Assembly (NCBI GenBank): GCA_044345405.1
Contig: JBIJBE010000013.1
Location: 17,893 to 81,892, forward strand
Length of the DNA stretch: 64,000 nucleotides
Direction of reading: 5' to 3'
Source: Bdellovibrionota bacterium
GTDB lineage: Bacteria > Bdellovibrionota_C > UBA2361 > OMII01
The notes under the pieces are model-generated. The model did not search any database and was not told where the DNA came from. It saw only the letters and a list, made by a program, of their open reading frames with translations. Position 1 is the stretch's first letter; the number at the start of each line of letters is the position of its first letter. Position numbers and translations under genes: made by a program. Positions 20,559 to 29,084 of the stretch are shown here, piece by piece.

Positions 20559-20804
20559 TTACGACTGCTTTCCTTGGATGTACTTTGTTACATCGTCAAC
20601 AGTCTGGATCTTCTCAGCGTCCTCGTCTGGAATCTCAAGGTCGTACTCTTCCTCAAGAGCCATGATGAGCTCAACGATGTCGAGGGAATCCGCACCGAGG
20701 TCCTCGATGAACGAAGCCTGAGGAGTAACTTCCTCCAAGCTGACACCAAGCTGCTCTACGATAATCGATTTAACTCGCTCTGATATCTCCTCAGGTGTTG
20801 CCAT
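20559..20804 (-). CDS. acpP: Acyl carrier protein
   Basis: [19 protein letters not shown] phosphopantetheine site. Confidence 0.98.
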   Translation of the reverse strand: MATPEEISERVKSIIVEQLGVSLEEVTPQASFIEDLGADSLDIVELIMALEEEYDLEIPDEDAEKIQTVDDVTKYIQGKQS

Positions 20805-21030
20805 GTAACACTTCTCCTAAATGGTCCAATAATAAAAATACAGTCGGTTGCGTCCTGCTTGAGCGAAGATGATTGTCGCTCACACAGCCAATCTTTCAAG
20901 TAACTGGCAGGATCCCAACGTATCTCTCCTCTGAGGCAGGCGCGATGTTTTTCACAAAGAAAAACCCCTCGTCGACCTCACAAGAGCCTCTTACATCGAG
21001 TCTCTGGCTTTCGACTTTTTACACCGGGGG

Positions 21031-21060
21031 AATCTAAGTAGACCCTGCCCTAATAGTCAA
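21031..21060 (-). promoter_or_regulatory. Putative sigma70 promoter for acpP
   Basis: Minus strand TTGACT-18 nt-TAGATT, about 230 bp upstream of the acpP start. Confidence 0.45.
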
Positions 21061-21460
21061 GAGGTGGACCCCTAACTCCTCCACCTTCCACCTGATTCTG
21101 AGTAGTTAGGCTGTTCTTTTTGGTAGCTCTTGGAAACAAAGTGACACTTTGAGGGTATAACAACTATTTTTTGGCTCGTCCCCTGTGCCAGGCCAATCGT
21201 CAATCCCTTGGGTTCCGTGATTGCGTTCGAGTCACAACGCTTCGTTTCGGCGTCCCTCTCCCACCTCATGCAGACAAAATCCGCGCGAAGGCAGCATGAA
21301 CTTCATTCAGTCCATCGTCCCCTATTCATACGTAGATGAGAGCGCCCCCAACTTACCGCGCCCTTCCTCACGATGCCCTCAAGATTTTTTCATCCTCCTC
21401 TTTTGAGCCCGATCTGATCCTCACGGAGTCTGTCGTAGGAGAAAAAACGCTGGAGCACCC

Positions 21461-21733
21461 ATGAAAATCCTGTGCGCATGCCAAGGGAATGGAAACGGAC
21501 ACGCTTCACGCGCCCGGGCTATCCTACGGGAACTCGCTCGCCACGCTGAGGTCGACGTAGCGACCAGCGGTAGCAACTTTCAACTCTACATCGGACATCC
21601 CGTTACATTCTCCTTTTCCTGCTTTAGCTTTCGCCTGATAGAAATGGCAAGTTCTCCAGATGGGCAACGGTCAAGTCGTCGCGTGTTGGAATTGAGGCGA
21701 TCGAGCGAGTCCTCCTCTTGTGCCCATACCTAA
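21461..21733 (+). pseudogene. Truncated, probably frameshifted glycosyltransferase (MJ1255/VC2487-like GT-B N-terminus)
   Basis: MKILCACQGNGNGHASRA matches the MKILY..QG.G.GH..RA family N-terminus. Plausible similarity continues in another frame near 21637 (DRNGKFSRWATVK). The locus is far shorter than a full GT-B enzyme and meets a convergent gene. Confidence 0.65.
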
Positions 21734-21771
21734 GTACCGCCGATGGCGGGAAGGCATACGCCACCGGCGTG

Positions 21772-22929
21772 TCACCGCGGGACAAGGGTATGTATCGCGA
21801 CTCCCGGAGGATGGCGAAGACCTCTATATGGAACGTAATACCGAGCGAGTCCGGGATGCACATAGGAGCGCGTCCGGTCGGTGAGCATCTCCCAATGTTT
21901 CGTGTGTCGATTCAGGTTGTCTGAGTATCCCCACCAATTCATGACCCGTGCGCCATCGAATAGCTTGAGCTCTCCCCAATGAGTGTGGCCCGACAGGACC
22001 AGATCGATATCCTTCGGAAAATCACCCCGAATGGAATCAAGATTGTGAGTAAGGACTATGTTCGTTTCCTCACCTGATACCGCGCTGGGAGGGCTTGGAG
22101 TGCCAAAGTAGGCATCATCAATTCCATAAATATTAAGAGGAGCGCCTCCAATCCTAAGACGGACATGATGATTATTGATATCATGAAATCCCACCTGTTC
22201 GAGTTGTTTACTGATAATAGCTGGAAGATGTCCGTGATAATCATGATTGCCATGCACCATAAACGCTTGTGGGCATATCGCGCTCAAGCGTTTCAGTTGC
22301 CTCAAGCTTTGTGAACACAGGTCCTCTGGCCCCTTCGTAATTACATCGCCCGAGAGGAGAATGAGATCGATTCGCCGCTCCCCTCTCTCCAAGAATTCCG
22401 CCACCCGACTCATCTCTCTCCAGGGACGATCCGATGATTTTAAGAAATGAATATCGGAGAGATGCAGGATCGTTACACCGTGTAAGGGCGCGGGCAATCG
22501 GTCGAGAGGAACCTCATATTCATAGACGGATGTCCACCGAGTGAGAGGCCACACCTTTTCACTACGGCCAATGGCGTGTTTGACCGTTTTGCGATCCAAG
22601 GCGGCCGCTACATCGCGAGGTTCCTCTCGAAACGAAACCTTCGCCATGGGGTGAAGCGATTCTTGGCGAACGGGCAAGTCATGCGCCTCAGGTGCCCAAG
22701 GCCCCTCAAGTACCGCGGCTATTCGCTTTCTCCACGTAGGAGAATCCACATATCGACGCTTGAGCTCTTGCGCGGCTTCCACCTGCTCGGCCAGCAACGC
22801 GGCGAAATCGACTCGAGGTAGAGAGAGCTCCTTTAACGCGTCAGAAACCACAGGGGGAGCTCGAAAAAGCTCTCCTGAAGATTGAGAGACAGGAACGTTA
22901 AACAGCCTCATCGATTCAGCACTTCGCAT
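21772..22929 (-). CDS. Calcineurin-like metallophosphoesterase (YkuE/YaeI-like) with long N-terminal extension
   Basis: HLSDIH, SGD, GNHD, LTHN and SGHTH motifs. Confidence 0.85.
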   Translation of the reverse strand: MRSAESMRLFNVPVSQSSGELFRAPPVVSDALKELSLPRVDFAALLAEQVEAAQELKRRYVDSPTWRKRIAAVLEGPWAPEAHDLPVRQESLHPMAKVSFREEPRDVAAALDRKTVKHAIGRSEKVWPLTRWTSVYEYEVPLDRLPAPLHGVTILHLSDIHFLKSSDRPWREMSRVAEFLERGERRIDLILLSGDVITKGPEDLCSQSLRQLKRLSAICPQAFMVHGNHDYHGHLPAIISKQLEQVGFHDINNHHVRLRIGGAPLNIYGIDDAYFGTPSPPSAVSGEETNIVLTHNLDSIRGDFPKDIDLVLSGHTHWGELKLFDGARVMNWWGYSDNLNRHTKHWEMLTDRTRSYVHPGLARYYVPYRGLRHPPGVAIHTLVPR

Positions 22930-23081
22930 ACCCGCACCGTATGCGCATTCAAGAAGGATCTACAGTTAGATTTGGTTAAGGACCGATGAGAAAATTGTGA
23001 GGGCTGTAGTTCCGTCCTGATTCTCGCCGCAACATCCCTTCCGCGGAATATTCATAGGCCCAGCCGCACCGTCCGTACAAC

Positions 23082-23114
23082 AAAAAAGGCGACCTCCCTC
23101 ATCAGGAGACCGCC
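23082..23114 (-). terminator. Intrinsic terminator after fabG
   Basis: Minus strand GGCGGTCTCC-TGATGAG-GGAGGTCGCC-TTTTTT. Confidence 0.75.
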
Positions 23115-23142
23115 CCTTCAAAGCCCGCGCATCGGGCGAAGA

Positions 23143-23889
23143 CTACATGTACATTCCACCGTTGATGCTGATGGTCTGCCCAGTGATGTAGCCGGCACTA
23201 TCGGACGCGAGGAAGGCAACGAGCTTCGCGACCTCCTCTCCCTGACCGTAACGACCAAGAGGGATCGACTTCATATGCTCAGCGCGAAGCTTCTCATCAA
23301 GAGCAGCTGTCATATCGGTCTCGATGAAACCAGGCGCGACCGCGTTAACGGTTACATTGCGGGAAGCGAGCTCTCGAGCGAGCGCCTTGGTCATGCCGAT
23401 AATTCCAGCCTTCGAGGATACGTAGGGAACCTGCCCCGCGTTCCCCATCTCTCCAACAACGGAACTGATGTTAACGATACGTCCCCACTTCGACTTCAGC
23501 ATGAGTCGAGCGGCGGCACGCGCGCAGAAGAATGAACCGTTGAGGTTAACGCCGAGGGTCGTGAGCCACTCCTCATCCTTCATTCTCAACACGAGACCAT
23601 CCTTTGATATACCCGCGTTGTTCACGAGGATATCGAGCTGACCGTGACGTGACTTGATACCATCAAAGGCGTTTTCAACAGCCTGGCTGTCTTGTACCGA
23701 GAACTTCAAAAGCTCTCCATCACTGCCCGCCTCTCGAATCGCGTTCAAGGTCTCCTGAGCCGCTTCTGGTGACGATGAATAGTTCACGATTACGTACGCG
23801 CCAGTCTTCGCGAGTTCAATAGCGATGGATCTTCCGATTCCGCGCGAAGCGCCCGTTACAAGCGCGATCTTTCTCTTAGCGTCTGTCAT
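23143..23889 (-). CDS. fabG: 3-oxoacyl-ACP reductase
   Basis: TGASRGIG, NNAGI, YVSSK, GNAGQ and APGFIETDMT motifs; fab-operon context. Confidence 0.96.
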   Translation of the reverse strand: MTDAKRKIALVTGASRGIGRSIAIELAKTGAYVIVNYSSSPEAAQETLNAIREAGSDGELLKFSVQDSQAVENAFDGIKSRHGQLDILVNNAGISKDGLVLRMKDEEWLTTLGVNLNGSFFCARAAARLMLKSKWGRIVNISSVVGEMGNAGQVPYVSSKAGIIGMTKALARELASRNVTVNAVAPGFIETDMTAALDEKLRAEHMKSIPLGRYGQGEEVAKLVAFLASDSAGYITGQTISINGGMYM

Positions 23890-25049
23890 TTTTTTCCTCC
23901 ATTAATCTCGTCAGCGCCTTTGCTATCTTTTCGTCCGCGAGTCGTTCGTTTTTCGAACACCCGCGACCATCCGTTTCCCCCGTCATGATCCACAGGGCCT
24001 ATCTTTGAATCGAGGTGCCCCAGCGCGGTGTGAAGCTGCCGCATAACGTCCTCATCCACGAACTTACGAGCGACACGGATGCCGTTCATAATAGCGCGGC
24101 TCTTCGATGAACCGTGGCATTTGATAGCGATCTGACCCAATCCAAGAAGGGGCGCTCCGCCGTACGCTGATGGATCGAGTTTATCTTTGAAGACACTTCG
24201 AAGGACGGGTTTAGCCAACCACAATCCGAACTTGGCTCGGATGCTGTGCTCCATCGCCTTTTTTATAGAGTCGATAACGAGACCGACACTGCCCTCCATC
24301 GCCTTGAGGACGATATTTCCGACGAATCCATCGCACACGACAACATCAACGACGTCACGAGCGATATCCCGCCCCTCGATGTATCCGATGAAATTGAGCC
24401 CCTCTATTTCGGAGAGCATCATCGCCGCGGAGCGGATGATATCGTTCCCCTTAGAGACCTCTGTACCGTTTGAAAGTAGCGCGATGCGCGGGCTCTCAAT
24501 ACCAAGAGCGGAGCGAGCGTACTGATGTCCCATCAACGCGAACTGAACGAGCTGAAAAGCCTGACATCCGGTGTTAGCGCCTGAATCAAGAAGAACCGTT
24601 GGCGTAGCGCCTACCCCTTTTGGGATCAGGGACGCTATCGCTGGACGGGCTATACCGGGAAGGGTCCCTCCGACAAACACTCCAGCGGCCATAATAGCGC
24701 CGGTATTGCCCGGACTGACTACCGCCGAGGCTTTCCCCGCGCTGACAAGTTCGAAGGCTACACGAATGGATGAGTCGGGCTTGCCACGAATAGCAAGACC
24801 GGGGGACTCATCCATTTGAATGAATTGGGAAGCGTGATGAACTGATATGAGCGAGCGATCGCTCTCAGGGTATTGCTTGAGGAGCTTATCGAGCTCCTCT
24901 TGGTTACCCACGACGATAGACGAAATCCCGTCACGTCGGGCAGCCATGACAGCTCCCTCGACCACCACTTTGGGACCGTGATCGCCCCCCATAGCGTCAA
25001 CTGCGATGGGAAGCACACCTGTTCCTGGCGTCTCGGTATGGGAGCTCAC
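23886..25049 (-). CDS. plsX: Phosphate acyltransferase PlsX
   Basis: IAVDAMGGDHGP, SPGNTGA, RPAI, DGFVGN, YGGAPLLG, HGSS. Confidence 0.96.
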   Translation of the reverse strand: MSSHTETPGTGVLPIAVDAMGGDHGPKVVVEGAVMAARRDGISSIVVGNQEELDKLLKQYPESDRSLISVHHASQFIQMDESPGLAIRGKPDSSIRVAFELVSAGKASAVVSPGNTGAIMAAGVFVGGTLPGIARPAIASLIPKGVGATPTVLLDSGANTGCQAFQLVQFALMGHQYARSALGIESPRIALLSNGTEVSKGNDIIRSAAMMLSEIEGLNFIGYIEGRDIARDVVDVVVCDGFVGNIVLKAMEGSVGLVIDSIKKAMEHSIRAKFGLWLAKPVLRSVFKDKLDPSAYGGAPLLGLGQIAIKCHGSSKSRAIMNGIRVARKFVDEDVMRQLHTALGHLDSKIGPVDHDGGNGWSRVFEKRTTRGRKDSKGADEINGGKK

Positions 25050-25069
25050 TGGTTACTCAGGTACCCTTG

Positions 25070-25255
25070 TTACGCAGCCACTTTGCCTGCAGCGACTTCC
25101 TTACCACGGTACGAACCGCACGATGCGCATGCACGGTGAGGAAGTACTGGCTCAGCGCACTTAGGACATACGATAGCGTATGTTCGGGAGAGCGCATGGT
25201 GAGAACGTCTCATGTTTCGCTTCGAGCGGGAGGTTCGTTTCTTAGGAACTGCCAT
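25070..25255 (-). CDS. rpmF: 50S ribosomal protein L32
   Basis: [19 protein letters not shown] with CPKC...CASC; directly upstream of plsX. Confidence 0.97.
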   Translation of the reverse strand: MAVPKKRTSRSKRNMRRSHHALSRTYAIVCPKCAEPVLPHRACASCGSYRGKEVAAGKVAA

Positions 25256-25278
25256 AAATCACAACCAATTAACTAATA

Positions 25279-25319
25279 TACCCTAGGGAGGTGAGGTTTT
25301 ATCACGTCTCCCTAGGGTA
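25279..25319. terminator. Hairpin between the actF stop and the rpmF start
   Basis: Perfect 12-bp outer stem TACCCTAGGGAG / CTCCCTAGGGTA with an inner GTGA/TCAC pair; no clean poly-U tail. Confidence 0.5.
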
Positions 25320-25327
25320 ACTCAACA

Positions 25328-26608
25328 CTACCAGTCCCTACTTCCGTGCGTTAACGGATGAGAAACTTGGATAAATGGATACTTGCTCAGGAAGGTTCTT
25401 ACACAAAGGAGGTAAGCACCTAGAAACCCTACAAAAATACCAACCTCAGTTATTCCGAATGGAATGTGGTGAGGGCTAATTTCCGGCATAATAATAAGGT
25501 AACGGTCCAACCAAACACCTGTCATGAGGGTCAAACACACCACGGCGTAGGTCTTTGGAGTCTTCTTGAGGTCACGGCTCAACAAGGTGATGAACGGGAT
25601 GATGAACGCCATCGGGAACACAATCCACGCCAGACCCTTCCATGGGAACTCACGGGTCCTCAAGATAAGCCACTGAGTCTCCTCAGGAAGGTTTCCGTAC
25701 CACTGAGGCAAGAACTGCGACCAGAACATGTAGCCCCATAACATACAGAAACCGAAGTTGAGCTTACCGAGATCCCAGAACTGTTGGCTGTGAATCTGAG
25801 CGCCGAACGCTGGGTTCTTCTTAGCGAAGAACATGGTCATGAGGGCGAGTCCTGCCCATGCGATGTAGATCTGGCTCACGAACACAAACGCTCCGAAGAG
25901 GTTTGAGAACCACACCGGGTTCTGACCCATGATCATTTCGAACGCGAAGAGCGATACAACGAACATGTAGCAGATAACAACAACAGGCGCGTTCACCGAC
26001 ATCTTACGCTGAAGAGGGATAACCTCACGCTCAGCGCCCTTCCATCCAGAGAGAAGGTAGCGATGAATTGGAAGCTCCCACTGCGACTTGTCCTTAGCCC
26101 GGTCATGGGCAAGTCCAACATCACTTCTAAGCGACATGAACACAAAGCGGGTCATGAGAAGGAAGAGCACGAAGAACAACACAGCGAACCGAATGTAGAC
26201 GAAGGTTGGCTCCATCCACCACTCGCGCCCTGGCATCGGATGACGTCCCCAATAGAAGATGTACTCGCGACCGAAGTACGTCGTGAGGAACACAACGAAC
26301 GCCACCGGGAGGTAAGCCACGTTCGCCTCCGCGAGACGTCGCACCGGCGCGCCCCACTTTGCTCGAACGATCTGCATGATCACGGTGGTCATAACACCAC
26401 CAAGAGCGAGCCCCTGGAAGTATACCGCGTTGACGTAGAAAGCTCCCCACGTCTGACCGGCGTCTCCGAACAGGAGCCCCACGGAGAACACGACGATCCC
26501 CACGAGCACCATAAGCCACAACTTCCCGATGGTGCTGCCAGAGACCTTTATAGGTCCAGCTTCGATCACCTTATCGATGTTCACAGGAACAACGTCTACG
26601 TGCGACAT
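25328..26608 (-). CDS. actF: Alternative complex III subunit F
   Basis: Multi-TM NrfD paralogue; WFSNLFG, DLGKL.FGF..LW.Y..WSQFL..WYGNLPEE; operon position. Confidence 0.9.
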   Translation of the reverse strand: MSHVDVVPVNIDKVIEAGPIKVSGSTIGKLWLMVLVGIVVFSVGLLFGDAGQTWGAFYVNAVYFQGLALGGVMTTVIMQIVRAKWGAPVRRLAEANVAYLPVAFVVFLTTYFGREYIFYWGRHPMPGREWWMEPTFVYIRFAVLFFVLFLLMTRFVFMSLRSDVGLAHDRAKDKSQWELPIHRYLLSGWKGAEREVIPLQRKMSVNAPVVVICYMFVVSLFAFEMIMGQNPVWFSNLFGAFVFVSQIYIAWAGLALMTMFFAKKNPAFGAQIHSQQFWDLGKLNFGFCMLWGYMFWSQFLPQWYGNLPEETQWLILRTREFPWKGLAWIVFPMAFIIPFITLLSRDLKKTPKTYAVVCLTLMTGVWLDRYLIIMPEISPHHIPFGITEVGIFVGFLGAYLLCVRTFLSKYPFIQVSHPLTHGSRDW

Positions 26609-26622
26609 CTTCTATCCCCTTC

Positions 26623-27141
26623 TTACTTAATACCTTGCTGATTACGAATATAGTTCACGATATCCCAGTGGTCCGTCGGAGAAAGCTTCCAACCGTGTCC
26701 TGGCATCAAACGAATTCCGAAGTGGATGGTCGCGAAGATGCTTCCATCGGTGCGGGTTTTGTATGTGTCGAGCGTGAGATCTGGTGGGGTTTGCAGGGTC
26801 TTCTTGCCCACCGCGCCAGGAGCGTATGGCTTCTTGCTGATATCTCCGTGACACGGCAAACAATTCACCGCAAACAAACGTTTTCCGTTCGCTAATGAAG
26901 CGGTGTCGGCCTTTACCGGATTCGTCATCTTCTCAGCCTCTTCGCGCGAAGGGACGTAATACTCCGACATACCGATAGCGACGGTACCTGGCGCCTTTTG
27001 ACGCATAATCGTACCGGTGCGCTTCTGCACGTTCACCATGTCATCGTTGAATGGAAGCGCCATCGCCTCTGACACCGCTACTAAACTAGCGAGTGAGAGA
27101 ACGAGAGCGACTTTCAACTTTCCTACTTGAGCTAACTTCAT
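26623..27141 (-). CDS. actE: Alternative complex III subunit E, monoheme cytochrome c
   Basis: Signal peptide, one CLPCH, distal Met (RLMPG), W.IV.YIR; operon position. Confidence 0.85.
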   Translation of the reverse strand: MKLAQVGKLKVALVLSLASLVAVSEAMALPFNDDMVNVQKRTGTIMRQKAPGTVAIGMSEYYVPSREEAEKMTNPVKADTASLANGKRLFAVNCLPCHGDISKKPYAPGAVGKKTLQTPPDLTLDTYKTRTDGSIFATIHFGIRLMPGHGWKLSPTDHWDIVNYIRNQQGIK

Positions 27142-27158
27142 GAGCCCCTCTTCTCCGT

Positions 27159-27677
27159 TTACAAACTCTCTCTAACGTCAACTTCGTCCGCGCCCGAATC
27201 CATCATGCGCTTCTTCACGTCATCGACCTGGTTGCCGGCGCATGCCACTACAACGCCGAACTTGTCGTGAGAGAAACGAGGATCGTATCCAGCTGTGCGC
27301 AAAACATTCGGGATCTTACAGAACACGAAGATCGCCGCGAGGGTTCCAAGACCTCCGAAGAGAATCGTCCACTCGTATCCTGGAACGAAGAACGCCGGAA
27401 TCGAGGCGATGTTCTTCGCGCTCGTTCGCATCGGCCAGTCGAGAGAACAGAGAATCGCGAGGGCGAAGCCCGCGCAACAACCTGTGAAGGCACACGCGAG
27501 GGAAACGATCCGCACTGGACTCTTCTCCGGGTATGTTACCTCCTCGATCTCGTGACGAGGAACTGGCGAGTACATGCGGTACTCATGATTCGCGGCCTTC
27601 ACCTTCTTAACGGCCTCAAGGGCATCGTCCATGTAGGTGAAGATACCAACTACTGCTCGGGTTGATGAATCTACCAT
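27159..27677 (-). CDS. actD: Alternative complex III subunit D (DUF3341)
   Basis: YSPVP.H, two TM helices, DWP, YEWTILF, YDPRFS.DKF. Confidence 0.9.
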   Translation of the reverse strand: MVDSSTRAVVGIFTYMDDALEAVKKVKAANHEYRMYSPVPRHEIEEVTYPEKSPVRIVSLACAFTGCCAGFALAILCSLDWPMRTSAKNIASIPAFFVPGYEWTILFGGLGTLAAIFVFCKIPNVLRTAGYDPRFSHDKFGVVVACAGNQVDDVKKRMMDSGADEVDVRESL

Positions 27678-27688
27678 CTGACTACCTC

Positions 27689-29062
27689 CTAGTGACCTGA
27701 ACCGTGTGAGGACGCGCGACGCATCGGCGGTGGAATGACCTCCTTGATCTCAGTGATAGCCACTGATGGGAAGTACTTGATGAACAATGTCATCCACATA
27801 CCGAACCAACCGAACGCTCCAATCGTAATACCAACCTCGGTCCACGAGAAGTTGTAACCACCCCACGCCGCGGGGATGAACTCTCGGGAGAGCGATTGGA
27901 AGATGATATTGAACCGCTCCAACCACATTCCGATGTTGATGAAGATCGAGAGTACGAAGAGGAACGGAATGTTCGTTCTCAACGACTTGATCCAGAGAAG
28001 CTGTGGGAAGATACAGTTACAGAACGTCATGCCCCAGAACGCGAGCCAGAATTCACCGAACGGACGGAACCAAAACTGGAATCGCTCGAATGGGTTGTTG
28101 CTGAACCACGCTGTGTAGAACTCGGTAACGTACGAGTACGTAACCACTCCTGACGTAACGAGGATGAGCTTGCTCATCGCGTCGAAGTGGAAAAGGGTTA
28201 CGAGTCGCTCAAGGTGGAACGCCTTACGAAGTGGGATGATCAAGGTAACTACCATCGCCACGCCGGAGAAGATCGCTCCCGCTACGAAGTACGGTGGGAA
28301 GATAGTCGCGTGCCATCCTGGAACGATCGACATCGCGAAGTCCCACGATACCACTGAGTGCACGGATACCACGAGCGGAGTCGCGAAGGCGGCGAAGATA
28401 AGATACGCGGCGCTGTAGTGCTTCCACTGAATGTGGTTTCCACGCCATCCGAGCGAGGTAACTCCGTAGAGAACCTTGCGGAACTTCGTGGTAGCTCGGT
28501 CGCGAGCGGCCGCGATGTCCGGGATCAATCCAACGAAGAAGAACGTCGCCGAGATGGTGAAGTATGTCGATACCGCGAACACGTCCCAGAGAAGTGGCGA
28601 ACGAAAGTTCGGCCACAACGCACGCTCGTTCGGATACGGCATAAGCCAGAGGGCGTACCATGGTCGTCCCAAGTGGATGATCGGGAAGAGACCGGCGGTC
28701 ATTACCGCGAATACGGTCATCGCCTCGGCCAATCGATAAATCGGTTGACGGAAGTGAGCTCTGAAAAGATAGAGCACCGCGGAGATGAGGGTTCCAGAGT
28801 GCGCGATACCTACCCAGAATACGAAGTTGGTGATGTAGGTACCCCATCCAATCGGATGGCTCTTACCTGACTCTCCGAAGCCGCTCCACATCTGGTAGAA
28901 CCAGGAGGACGCTCCGATAGCCAAAAGGAAGAGACAGGAGAAAAGAAGAAGGAACCAGCCCGTACCCGGAGGCTCCATCATCTTAAGAACCGTGTCATTA
29001 ACCTCAGCGTAGGTTACTGGAGGCTCATGCTTTGAATCGTGTTCAGAGTGTGTGTGTTCCAT
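27689..29062 (-). CDS. actC: Alternative complex III subunit C (NrfD/PsrC-type quinol site)
   Basis: ITNFVFWVGIAHSGTLISA, AEAMT.FA, HLGRPW, NFRSPLLWD, SVHSVVSWDF, GMWLERF. Confidence 0.95.
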   Translation of the reverse strand: MEHTHSEHDSKHEPPVTYAEVNDTVLKMMEPPGTGWFLLLFSCLFLLAIGASSWFYQMWSGFGESGKSHPIGWGTYITNFVFWVGIAHSGTLISAVLYLFRAHFRQPIYRLAEAMTVFAVMTAGLFPIIHLGRPWYALWLMPYPNERALWPNFRSPLLWDVFAVSTYFTISATFFFVGLIPDIAAARDRATTKFRKVLYGVTSLGWRGNHIQWKHYSAAYLIFAAFATPLVVSVHSVVSWDFAMSIVPGWHATIFPPYFVAGAIFSGVAMVVTLIIPLRKAFHLERLVTLFHFDAMSKLILVTSGVVTYSYVTEFYTAWFSNNPFERFQFWFRPFGEFWLAFWGMTFCNCIFPQLLWIKSLRTNIPFLFVLSIFINIGMWLERFNIIFQSLSREFIPAAWGGYNFSWTEVGITIGAFGWFGMWMTLFIKYFPSVAITEIKEVIPPPMRRASSHGSGH

Positions 29063-29084
29063 ATAGCCGCAAAGATCTCAAATA

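Noticed and set aside
20915-20940. GGAGAGA on the minus strand upstream of acpP/glyA, suggesting a glycine riboswitch
   Set aside because: The CCGAAG and CTCTCAGG core elements are absent, and a terminator separates acpP from glyA.
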